Notes under the pieces: model-generated
What the model was told of the DNA's origin: nothing
What the model saw: the letters and a program-made list of their open reading frames with translations, nothing else
The model's database searches: none
In this document: one piece after another, positions 21,385-30,339 of the stretch
Position numbering within the stretch: position 1 is the stretch's first letter
Layout of the letters: the number at the start of each line of letters is the position of its first letter
Made by a program: the position numbers and the translations under genes
Origin: Acidocella sp.
GTDB taxonomy: Bacteria > Pseudomonadota > Alphaproteobacteria > Acetobacterales > Acetobacteraceae
Length of the DNA: 39,193 bases
Direction: 5' to 3'
Assembly: GCA_029077775.1 (NCBI GenBank)
Contig: JAQNCU010000001.1
Span: 1 to 39,193 of the forward strand

Positions 21385-22914
21385 CTATCCGCCGCCTCGC
21401 GGCCATTGCGCGCGCGGAAACCGCTGCATCACCCGATGCCGATGAAACGCGTTTTCTTCCGTGGTTTCCAAATGCGCGTTATATTCCGGCGTGTTCGCAA
21501 TCGGTGCATCCCGCCGGAAAGACACCGGGCGCCGCCCGCTTACCGGCAATGTAATCTGCACAACCAACCCGGGGTGGTTGTCGAGGAGCCTGATATTGCC
21601 CTCGTGCAAGCCGGTAATGGCCTTGACCATCGGCAGCCCTAATCCGTTGCCTTTGCGTCCCCGGTCAGTATCCAGCCGGACAAAGCGTTGAAACACCCGT
21701 TCATGTTCACGCACAGGTATCCCCGGCCCGCCATCGGACATTGTAATGATTATATGGCGTTCCGCTTTTTCTAATGATAACTGCAATAATGTCCCCGGCG
21801 GACTGTACCGAATCGCGTTCTCGATGACGTTTACAAGCATTTGTGCAATCAACGCCTTGTCACCACTCATCTGCACATCATCCGCGAGATCTCCGACCAG
21901 AACCTGAGCCTCATCTTCCGCGACGGCCTCATATGAGTCTATCAAAGACCGGCATAATGCAGAGACATCGAAAACAAGGAACAAACCGCGCACCGCACCC
22001 GCTTCGATTTCAGCGATCCGCAGCAGCGCGTCAAAAATTTTGAATATGTCATCAAGCCGTTGAATGGCCTCTGAAAAAACATGCTCAACCTCTTGAACGT
22101 CGCCACCGGTCTCTACATACACCCGCCGCGCACCCGCCAGTTGGTCGCGCAGTTTCGATAACGGAGACCGCAGGTCATGGGCAATGTCGTTTGTCACCTG
22201 CTGCGTATTTTCAACCAATATCTCCATGGTCGTAAGCATCTCATTCAAATCGGTGGTGAGAAAATCCAACTCATCGTCAACACCGTAAAGCCTGATCCGC
22301 TGCGAGAGATCGCCCGCCATGATATCCTGGGCAGTCTGGCTGATCGCCGTCACGCGCTTGAGGCTGTAAAACGCGATCAACGAAGCGGCCAGCAGCCCGA
22401 GAGCAATCGTGAAGCTGAATATGCCCGCAAATAAATAGGCGATGCGCTCATTCAACCGGACAAAGGCGGTGGCGTTCTCACCAATAAACAGCACGTCGCT
22501 GTTACCCAGCAAGGTGGCGACGCCATCAATTTCATGAACATGCGGCGGTAGCGGATAATGGTCCCACTTGGTTAAGGTCTGCCACTCAAGGGGGTCAGGT
22601 GGCATGGCGATATTCCCGCCGAGCGGTATCCCATCGGCATCGGTCAGCGCGAAATAGCTATGGCGATTAGACCTCATTTCTTCGGCCAAAGCCTGCGATA
22701 ACGGGATACGCTCCTGCTCGGAACGGGTCAGGAGATCGTCACGCGTCGTATTTATAATGGGTTCAAAAAGTGATCGTGCGGCGTGAAACGTCGCGACATA
22801 TATCAAAATAAACGCAATACCCGCGCCGAGCGTTGTGAACAACATACCAAGCACGGCGAGCCGGAAGCTTGCCATGCGGAACAGCGTTCCCGGCTCACGT
22901 GCCCGGTGTATCAC
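21385..22914 (-). CDS. Membrane sensor histidine kinase (two TM, HAMP, HisKA, HATPase)
   Basis: Motifs IAHDLRSPL, NVIENAIRYS, DGGPGI and GNGLGL; HAMP segment GDLSQRI. Overlaps the response regulator gene. Confidence 0.93.
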   Translation of the reverse strand: MIHRAREPGTLFRMASFRLAVLGMLFTTLGAGIAFILIYVATFHAARSLFEPIINTTRDDLLTRSEQERIPLSQALAEEMRSNRHSYFALTDADGIPLGGNIAMPPDPLEWQTLTKWDHYPLPPHVHEIDGVATLLGNSDVLFIGENATAFVRLNERIAYLFAGIFSFTIALGLLAASLIAFYSLKRVTAISQTAQDIMAGDLSQRIRLYGVDDELDFLTTDLNEMLTTMEILVENTQQVTNDIAHDLRSPLSKLRDQLAGARRVYVETGGDVQEVEHVFSEAIQRLDDIFKIFDALLRIAEIEAGAVRGLFLVFDVSALCRSLIDSYEAVAEDEAQVLVGDLADDVQMSGDKALIAQMLVNVIENAIRYSPPGTLLQLSLEKAERHIIITMSDGGPGIPVREHERVFQRFVRLDTDRGRKGNGLGLPMVKAITGLHEGNIRLLDNHPGLVVQITLPVSGRRPVSFRRDAPIANTPEYNAHLETTEENAFHRHRVMQRFPRAQWPRGGG

Positions 22915-23578
22915 CGATCCGATAGCCCGCGCCGCGAATTGTGTGGATGAGTTCCCGGCTGAACCCCGTATCCATTTTCGCGCGTATGCGGCTGATATGG
23001 GACTCCACCAGGCTGGTCTGCGGGTCGAAGTGAAAATCCCACACCGCCTCCAGCATCATGGTCCGTGTCACCACCTTTCCCGCATTCTGCATGAGGTATT
23101 CAAGCAGCCGGAATTCCCGATTTTTAAGGAGAATGTTTCTGCCGCCCCGCGTCACGCTTTTCGATAATCGGTTGAGTTCAAGATCGCCTATTTTCAACAA
23201 CGGGCTCACAGGTTTCCATGAATTTCGGCGAGATAGATTCTCAATCCGGGCAAAAAGTTCAACGGGCGCGAAAGGTTTCACCAGATAATCATCCGCCCCG
23301 GCGCGCAAGCCATCCACACGCTCGTCAACCCGCCCGAGTGCGGTGAGAAAAATAACAGGCATGTGCAGCCCGGCTGAGCGTAAGGCGGTCACCATGCCAA
23401 GCCCGTCTAGTTTCGGTAACATGCGGTCAACGATCAGCATGGCATAATCATCTGACATGGCCGCAACCAGCCCCGCCCGGCCGTCATCGGCGCTGGTCAC
23501 CTCGTGGCCCTCATGGCGCAGTTCAGTCATCAAATAATCCCGCATTTCAGGATCATCTTCGACGATCAGAATACGCAT
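22895..23578 (-). CDS. OmpR/PhoB-family response regulator
   Basis: MRILIVEDD, DRMLPKLDG, GADDYLVKPF and winged-helix IHTIRGAGY. Confidence 0.96.
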   Translation of the reverse strand: MRILIVEDDPEMRDYLMTELRHEGHEVTSADDGRAGLVAAMSDDYAMLIVDRMLPKLDGLGMVTALRSAGLHMPVIFLTALGRVDERVDGLRAGADDYLVKPFAPVELFARIENLSRRNSWKPVSPLLKIGDLELNRLSKSVTRGGRNILLKNREFRLLEYLMQNAGKVVTRTMMLEAVWDFHFDPQTSLVESHISRIRAKMDTGFSRELIHTIRGAGYRIGDTPGT

Positions 23579-23632
23579 TCCCACCACCTCAGAGCCCTAC
23601 AGGCCCGATAAAGCAACAGCATCAACCTATCA

Positions 23633-25048
23633 TCAATGATTAATTTCTTCCAGTGCCCTGGCTGATGTACGGGGGCCGAACACACTGATCATCACCATGC
23701 CGACGATCACGGCGATGCTGATAAACACGGCAACCGCTGGCACACCTCCAGCATGCAGAAAATACCCAATCGCCAGGCCTGCAAAGGCAGCGGCAATCCG
23801 GCTCCAGGCGTACACAAACCCGGCGGCGCGCGCCCTGATCCGCGTAGGGTAAAGCTCGGTCTGGTAGCTATGATACGCATAAGACATCACGGTCGCGCAT
23901 ATTGAAAATAAAACGCCAAAAACCACCAGAATATCGGGGGACTTTGAAATCGAGAACAGCGCCATAAACACGCCCATCATCGTCAGCCCGAACAAGATCT
24001 GGAATTTCCGCTCAACCCGGTCGGCAATGAACATCCCCAACACAGGACCGAGAGGATTGGCAATGGCGATGATGAAGGAATATTCGAGGCTATTCGGCAA
24101 CGCGATTCCCCTGGCCACCAGCAATGTCGGCACCCAGGCGGCAAATCCGTAAAAGCCGATCACCTGCGCCATGTTGAATATTGAGAGCATGACCGTCCGC
24201 TCAAAATATCGGGGTGCGAATATCTCATAAAAATGCCCGGTCCCCGCTTTTTCCGGCATCACGCGCTCAGGCGCAGGCAGGGCCTGTCGCGTCTCGGCAA
24301 TAACACGGCGCTCGATATCATCCATCACGGCGTTGGCCTCGCCCATCATGCCGTGCAACGCCAGCCAGCGCGGGCTTTCAGGCAACCCGGCGCGCAACGC
24401 CCACACGGCGAACGCGCCGGTCGACCCGATCAGAATAACCCAGCGCCAGCCATCAAAACCCGCAATCTGGCGCGCTGAAAACAACCACGCCAGCAACGCG
24501 GTAACCGGTACAACGCAGAATGTGATGAACTGGTTCGCGGCAAAGGCGCGCCCGCGTTCACCTTTGGGGATCATCTCAGAGATATATGCATCGATGGTCA
24601 CAAGCTGAACACTAAAGCCAATCCCGGCGATAAATCGCCAGATATTCATTGCCTGCCCTGTCGGCTGAAACGCCATAATCGCCGTGCATCCCACATACCA
24701 CAGCAAAGACCAGGTAAACACCGTGCGCCGCCCAAACCAGTCGGCAAACTGGCTAAAGATAACCAGCCCCACCCACATGCCCGCAAAGGTGCAGAACACA
24801 AATGTACCGACCCCTGACACGGCGATGCCCTGCAATGTTGCAAATATTCCGATATTCGCGTGCGAGAATATGCCAGATCGGGCCATGTCCGGCGCGATAT
24901 AGCCGGTCAGAAACAGGTCGTAGAATTCAAACACCCCGCCAGTTGAAGCCAGTATGATCATTTTCCAAATCACCCAGGAGCGGGGCAGGCGGTCCAGCCG
25001 CGCCGCGATATCTGCCGCATCGCCATCAGACATAAAAATGCCCGCCAT
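23633..25048 (-). CDS. MFS transporter (metabolite/aromatic acid:H+ symporter-like)
   Basis: ARLDRLP, motif A ADWFGRR, LPESPRWL and ELYPTRIRA. Start uncertain (25033, 25048 or 25114). Confidence 0.9.
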   Translation of the reverse strand: MAGIFMSDGDAADIAARLDRLPRSWVIWKMIILASTGGVFEFYDLFLTGYIAPDMARSGIFSHANIGIFATLQGIAVSGVGTFVFCTFAGMWVGLVIFSQFADWFGRRTVFTWSLLWYVGCTAIMAFQPTGQAMNIWRFIAGIGFSVQLVTIDAYISEMIPKGERGRAFAANQFITFCVVPVTALLAWLFSARQIAGFDGWRWVILIGSTGAFAVWALRAGLPESPRWLALHGMMGEANAVMDDIERRVIAETRQALPAPERVMPEKAGTGHFYEIFAPRYFERTVMLSIFNMAQVIGFYGFAAWVPTLLVARGIALPNSLEYSFIIAIANPLGPVLGMFIADRVERKFQILFGLTMMGVFMALFSISKSPDILVVFGVLFSICATVMSYAYHSYQTELYPTRIRARAAGFVYAWSRIAAAFAGLAIGYFLHAGGVPAVAVFISIAVIVGMVMISVFGPRTSARALEEINH

Positions 25049-25321
25049 CGATGCGCCTTGGCCGTCCCCTGAAATCCCTACCCGCCATCCCGCATCTTGA
25101 ACCTCCGTCCCCACAAGCCATGTGCCGCCTCAGCGTGCGCCTGTCCAATACCGCACCGCTTGTCTTATTAATGATATTCTGCGGCGCGGTTGATACCGCA
25201 AATAAACAAAATTTCCACATTTAACGCGTTGTTGAGATTTCCATACGATTATACCGCTTAGCTGATTCAAGCCAGGTGCTCATGACCTTGTGTTTTTTAG
25301 ACAGTTTAGCGTGGAGATGGC

Positions 25322-26293
25322 ATGCTTAAGAAGTTAAAGACGATTGGCCCCCAAAATGGCATCGACATCTCCTTTCGTGAAATCGCTGAAAAAGCGGACG
25401 ACGTGATCGTCGTCACCACGGCTGATCTGGCATTGCCAGGCCCACGCATTATTTACGTAAATCCCGCGTTCACGCGGCTGACCGGTTACAGTGTCGAGGA
25501 AGCGTTGCGTGCCACCCCCCGCATGTTGCAGGGGCCGGGCACGAGCAGAAAAACCCTCGATAAAATCGGTACGAAACTGCGCGCGGGCGCTGAGGTGCAC
25601 GAGAAAATCCTTAACTACGCCAAAGACGGTACCTCCTATTGGCTTGATCTGCGGATCATGCCCCTGCGCGACAGTAACGGCGAGATCAAATTTTTCGCAG
25701 CCATCGAACGGGACATAACGCGCGACAAACACAGGGTCGATGAGCTGGAGCATCTGGTAGACCGCGACCCCTTGACCGGCATCCCTAACCGCCGTGCCCT
25801 CCTGCGCTGGATGGAAGCCGAGATTGAGCGTGTCCACAGAAATATAAGCGTGAGCGGTCCTTGTATCGCCTATATCGATGTCGACCATTTTAAGGCGGTT
25901 AATGACCAATTTGGTCACGCAACGGGCGATGCCGTCTTGTGCGGCGTGGCGAAACGTTTGGCGGGGAACATAAGGCGGTTAGACATGCTGGGCCGCCTGG
26001 GTGGTGAGGAGTTTTGTATCTGCATGCCGTCGCTGTCACAAAAGGGTGCCATCATCCTGGCTGAGCGGCTGCGCCAATCGATAGCGGCAACCCCGTTTGA
26101 AACACCGTTCGGCCCAAAATTTATCACCGTCAGCATTGGTGTCGTCGCCTTTGACGTTGGTAGTGACCTCAAGGAATTACTCAAACACGCCGACGCCGCC
26201 ATGTATGTCGCCAAACAAAATGGCCGCAACCGGGTTGTGGTCCATAATGAGCATCAAAATTGCCCAGACATGAAACAGGGTTTGCAGGTCTGA
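25322..26293 (+). CDS. PAS-GGDEF diguanylate cyclase
   Basis: PAS YVNPAFTRLTGY...PRMLQGP, DPLTGIPNRR, I-site RRLD and active site GRLGGEEF. GGAG RBS. Confidence 0.94.
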   Translation: MLKKLKTIGPQNGIDISFREIAEKADDVIVVTTADLALPGPRIIYVNPAFTRLTGYSVEEALRATPRMLQGPGTSRKTLDKIGTKLRAGAEVHEKILNYAKDGTSYWLDLRIMPLRDSNGEIKFFAAIERDITRDKHRVDELEHLVDRDPLTGIPNRRALLRWMEAEIERVHRNISVSGPCIAYIDVDHFKAVNDQFGHATGDAVLCGVAKRLAGNIRRLDMLGRLGGEEFCICMPSLSQKGAIILAERLRQSIAATPFETPFGPKFITVSIGVVAFDVGSDLKELLKHADAAMYVAKQNGRNRVVVHNEHQNCPDMKQGLQV

Positions 26294-26331
26294 CATCAAA
26301 TCCTGCCACCCATGCCCCGCGCGGCCTACCT

Positions 26332-26523
26332 CCGATACCGGGCACCACAAAGGAACACAGGCTGGCGGAGAATCTCGGCGCGGCTGACATCGCGCTCAGT
26401 GCTACAGAGCTGCAAGATATAATTGCAGCCGCCGCGCAGATGCAGGCAGCGGGGGCGCGTTACGCCCCGGCTCAAATGGCCATGGTCGGGCGGGACGCAC
26501 CGCCCGTGGCTGGCAAATTGTAA
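26332..26523 (+). pseudogene. C-terminal remnant of an aldo/keto reductase
   Basis: PIPGTTKEHRLAENLGAADIALSATEL...GARY is the typical AKR C-terminus. The N-terminal catalytic part is absent. Confidence 0.85.
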
Positions 26524-26605
26524 CCCCGCGCGCGATATTGCGGCATGGCAGCGTGCACGACCATATGGGTCGCGCCCTCTGCCATGCCGTTTATATCAGG
26601 AGCCC

Positions 26606-28027
26606 ATGACGACCAGACCCACACTGACCAGACCCACGCTGACCAGACCCATACTGACCAGCCCCGCACTCAACACCCCTGGCACCGCCCCGGCGGATGG
26701 CATGCCAGCCCCGGCGCGATACTGGGCCTATGCCACCATCGTCATCGGGCTGGCCCTCGCGGTGCTGGATGCCACGGTCGCCAATGTCGCCTTGCCCACC
26801 ATCGCGCAGGATTTCGCGGTCAGCCCGGCCCGTTCCATTGAAATCGTCAGCGCCTACCAGCTCATCATCGTCGTGCTGCTGCTGCCGCTCGCCGCTTTGG
26901 GCGATATTTACGGCTACCGGCGCGTCTACCTCGCGGGCATTTGCGTGTTCACCCTGGCGTCTCTCGCCTGCGCGTTGTCGGGCTCGCTCGACACGCTGAC
27001 CGCCGCGCGCATCCTGCAGGGCGTCGGCGCGGCGGGCATCATGAGCGTAAACACCGCCCTCGTGCGTTACATCTTTCCGCAAAGCGGGCTTGGCCGCGCC
27101 ATCGGGTTCAACGCCCTCACTGTGGCGGTCTCTTCCACCATCGGGCCGAGCTTCGCCAGTGCCATGCTGGCGGTGGCCTCCTGGCACTGGCTGTTCGCCA
27201 TCAACGTGCCACTTGGGGTCGTCGCCTTGATGGTCGGGTGGCGCAGCCTGCCGGAGAGCAGCCATAGCGGGCAGCGGTTCGACGTGTTGAGCGCGATCTT
27301 AACCGCCATCGGCCTCGGCTTGCTGATCATCACCATCAACGCCGCCGCGCATGGTGTGGGCATCGGCGTCATTTGTCTCATGGTGGCCGTGGGGGTTGCC
27401 GCTCTGGCGCTCGCGGTCCGCCGGCAAGCGCGCACCCCAGCTCCTCTGCTGCCCGTCGATCTGTTGCGGATCCCAATTTTCGCGCTCTCCATAGGCACCT
27501 CCATCTGCTCCTTCACGGCGCAGATGCTCGCCTTTGTCGCCTTGCCCTTTTTGCTGGAAACCGGGTTCGGGTACCACGCCACCGAGGTCGGGTTCCTCAT
27601 CATGCCCTGGCCGCTCGCCGTCGCCATCGCCGCCCCCATCTCCGGCTGGCTGTCCGACAAATTCCCCGCCGCCATATTGGGGCTGGCCGGGCTCGCCGCC
27701 CTGGCCGCCGGTCTGGTCTTGCTCGCCACCCTGCCGCCGCATCCCGGCATTTTTCAAATCGCCTGGCGGATGGCCCTGTGCGGCGCCGGGTTCGGGCTGT
27801 TCCAGTCGCCCAATAACCGCACCATGATCACCTCAGCGCCCAAATCGCGCACCGGTGCGGCGAGCGGCATGCTCGGCACCGCGCGCCTGTTGGGTCAGGC
27901 CACAGGGGCCGCGCTGGTGGCATTGCTGCTGGCCCACATCCCGGCCCATGGCGCGGTCACCGCTTTGGTGGCGGCCGCTGGCTTCGCCGGAGTCGCCGCC
28001 ATCCTCAGCATCCTGCGGCTAGCTTAA
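26606..28027 (+). CDS. DHA2-family (14-TM, YebQ/EmrB-like) MFS efflux transporter
   Basis: LDATVANVALPTIA, GDIYGYRR, WHWLFAINVPLG and GLFQSPNNR. AGGAG RBS before ATG 26606. Confidence 0.93.
   Translation: MTTRPTLTRPTLTRPILTSPALNTPGTAPADGMPAPARYWAYATIVIGLALAVLDATVANVALPTIAQDFAVSPARSIEIVSAYQLIIVVLLLPLAALGDIYGYRRVYLAGICVFTLASLACALSGSLDTLTAARILQGVGAAGIMSVNTALVRYIFPQSGLGRAIGFNALTVAVSSTIGPSFASAMLAVASWHWLFAINVPLGVVALMVGWRSLPESSHSGQRFDVLSAILTAIGLGLLIITINAAAHGVGIGVICLMVAVGVAALALAVRRQARTPAPLLPVDLLRIPIFALSIGTSICSFTAQMLAFVALPFLLETGFGYHATEVGFLIMPWPLAVAIAAPISGWLSDKFPAAILGLAGLAALAAGLVLLATLPPHPGIFQIAWRMALCGAGFGLFQSPNNRTMITSAPKSRTGAASGMLGTARLLGQATGAALVALLLAHIPAHGAVTALVAAAGFAGVAAILSILRLA
26611..26670 (+). repeat. 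In-frame 15-bp tandem repeat, 4 copies
   Basis: GACCAGACCCACACT GACCAGACCCACGCT GACCAGACCCATACT GACCAGCCCCGCACT. Confidence 0.9.
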
Positions 28028-28975
28028 AACCGCCACCAGCGCCGAGACGGTGACCACCGAGATCACCGTCGAGACCAATATCGCGCGGGAGGTCACCGCC
28101 GCCTCCCGATCATATAATTTCGCCAGCATAAACGGCCCGGTGCCAATCGGCAGCGCCGACAACACCAGGGCCGTATGCGCCCACATCACCGGCATCTCGA
28201 AGACCCGGAAGGCGAGCACAAACGTGATCGCCGGTTGCACCAGCAATTTTAACGTCACCAGCCGCAAGATCACGCCGGTGTCTCGCGCCGCCTCGGATTG
28301 CGCCAGAAACAGCCCGATGGTGACCAGCGCGCAGGGTGAGGCCGCGGCTGCGAGCAAGGCGGTGAACCGCAAAACCGGCCCCGGCAACGCCACCCCCAGC
28401 ATGGCGTGGCCAATGGCGCAGCCCGCCCCCAGAACCGGCGCCACCAGCAACGGGTTGCGCATCAATGAGCGCGCCACCCGCCCGATGGTGCTGGCCAGGC
28501 GCGGCGTCTCGCTCAAATCCAACTCGATCAGCGTAATCGCCCCGGCAAATAACACGCAGGCGGTGAGAATGGTGGCGATGGCCGATGGCACCAGCGCCCC
28601 AGCGCCGAACGCCGCCACGCAGAGCGGGATGCCGATAAACCCGGTATTGGCATAGGCCGCATTTAGCCCCTCGATGCTGCGGTCTGCCAGCCGCTTATGC
28701 CCGCCCACGCGCGCCGCATCCGGCAGATGTGCGAACGAGACCAAAAATGTCAGCATCATCCCGCCGGTATAGGCCGCGAGGAAGCCAGGATGATCGATCT
28801 CCCGCCAATTGATCCCGGCCATGGCCTGGAACAACAAGGCGGGCAATGCCAGCCAGACCACGAATTTGTTCAGCGCGTCGGTAGCCCCCGGCCCCAGAAT
28901 GCCAGCTTTGGCACAGATATATCCGGTAAAGATGATCGCAAAAATCGGGATCACGGCGTTAAGGACGATCAGCAT
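28019..28975 (-). CDS. AEC-family (auxin efflux carrier / MdcF-like) transporter
   Basis: LNKFVVWLALPALLF, ANTGFIGIPL, NPLL and PCALVTIGL. Convergent 9-bp overlap with the MFS gene. Confidence 0.92.
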   Translation of the reverse strand: MLIVLNAVIPIFAIIFTGYICAKAGILGPGATDALNKFVVWLALPALLFQAMAGINWREIDHPGFLAAYTGGMMLTFLVSFAHLPDAARVGGHKRLADRSIEGLNAAYANTGFIGIPLCVAAFGAGALVPSAIATILTACVLFAGAITLIELDLSETPRLASTIGRVARSLMRNPLLVAPVLGAGCAIGHAMLGVALPGPVLRFTALLAAAASPCALVTIGLFLAQSEAARDTGVILRLVTLKLLVQPAITFVLAFRVFEMPVMWAHTALVLSALPIGTGPFMLAKLYDREAAVTSRAILVSTVISVVTVSALVAVLS

Positions 28976-29029
28976 CCCCCCTCATCACCCACCCGCCCGC
29001 AACCGGCAAGATGCCGGGCTGGGGGAAAT

Positions 29030-30130
29030 CTACGTCAGCCCCAGTGCCTGGCCACAGGGCGGCTCGCGCCCCCCATTGTTAAAAATCTCCAGCGTATTGC
29101 GCCCCCTGCGCTTGGCGGCATACAGCACCTCATCGGCGCATTTCGTCCAATCGCCAGGGCACGTCGCCGCTTCGGTCAGTTCCGCGATGCCAAAGCTCAT
29201 GGTCAGCGTAAAGCTCTGCTCCGGCCCACCGAACCGCGCCGCCGCCACCGCCGCCTGGATCCGCCGCACCACGGCGGCGGCTTCCATCCCGTTTGCTTCC
29301 GGCAGTAAAATCCCGAATTCATCCCCGCCGAGCCGCGCCGGAATATCGCCCGCGCGCACCTGCTCATTCAGAATGAGCCCCACATTGCGTATCGCCTCAT
29401 CGCCATTCGCATGGCCGAAATTATCATTAATGGATTTAAAGTGGTCGATATCGAGCAAGACCAGCGCCGCGCGCCGCCCATATCGTTTAAACCGCTGAAA
29501 CTCCTCGTCCAGCCTGTGCTCCCAATAATCGCGGGAATAAATTCCTGAAAGGCTGTCGCGCTGGTTGAGTTGATGCAGCCGCGCGCGCTCTTTGTTCACT
29601 TTCTGTGAATTCCGAAAGCTCCAAACACCGATTGTCACCGGATAGATCACCAAAAACGGCAGGCAGGTGGCCCGCACAACAAGGCTTGAGACCAGACAAA
29701 ATTTCACCCCGACCAGCAACACCGCGATGCCGCCCCCGGCGAGCAGCGCCACCACGCTGGTGACCAGCAGCGCCAAGCCGCCAACCATGGCGTTATCCAT
29801 CAGCAACACGGTCAGCATCAGCACGGTCGGGGCCAGGTTAAACCCCATCGCCACCGCCCAGAACCCACAAAACGCGGCATCCAGCCGCAGGTTGACATAT
29901 TCCGTCTTAATCGGGGTCTGGCTGCGGCTGGCCAGGGCATAGGCGACATGCGGCCAGACCAGACCAAACGCCAGCAGCACCGGATATAACCAAAAAGCCA
30001 CCTGGCCCTGGTACAGAGCGCCAAAAATCCCGATGCTGAGCGTGCCCAACCCCAGTATCCGGGGCCCGCGTATGGCACGCACAAACCCCAGACCCTTTCG
30101 TGTCTGGCTGGTTGCCTCAACCCGCTTCAT
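29030..30130 (-). CDS. MASE2-GGDEF diguanylate cyclase (AdrA/DgcC-like)
   Basis: MASE2-type PRILGLG...LVWPHVAY...EYVNLRLDA...MGFN, I-site RAGD and active site RLGGDEF. Confidence 0.9.
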   Translation of the reverse strand: MKRVEATSQTRKGLGFVRAIRGPRILGLGTLSIGIFGALYQGQVAFWLYPVLLAFGLVWPHVAYALASRSQTPIKTEYVNLRLDAAFCGFWAVAMGFNLAPTVLMLTVLLMDNAMVGGLALLVTSVVALLAGGGIAVLLVGVKFCLVSSLVVRATCLPFLVIYPVTIGVWSFRNSQKVNKERARLHQLNQRDSLSGIYSRDYWEHRLDEEFQRFKRYGRRAALVLLDIDHFKSINDNFGHANGDEAIRNVGLILNEQVRAGDIPARLGGDEFGILLPEANGMEAAAVVRRIQAAVAAARFGGPEQSFTLTMSFGIAELTEAATCPGDWTKCADEVLYAAKRRGRNTLEIFNNGGREPPCGQALGLT

Positions 30131-30339
30131 TCATGTCCCTCGATTCACGCCTATTTTATGACATAATTTTAATTAATTATTTAATTTTTAGATTTCGACA
30201 GCAAAACAACGCGGACTAACAAAAATAATGTTTAATTCCAAAGGGGATTCGGCGCAAGAAAACTCGACACACAAGCCAGCTTTGCGCGGCCCGGGTTCAC
30301 GCCTATAACGCGGTCAAACTCAAAAACGGGAACCCCAGA

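Noticed and set aside
26611-26670. CRISPR array
   Set aside because: Contiguous 15-bp in-frame units with no spacers, and no cas genes.
30165-30236. CtrA box upstream of the AdrA-like gene
   Set aside because: Several TTAA half-sites are present, but none with N7 spacing; it is simply an AT-rich divergent promoter region.
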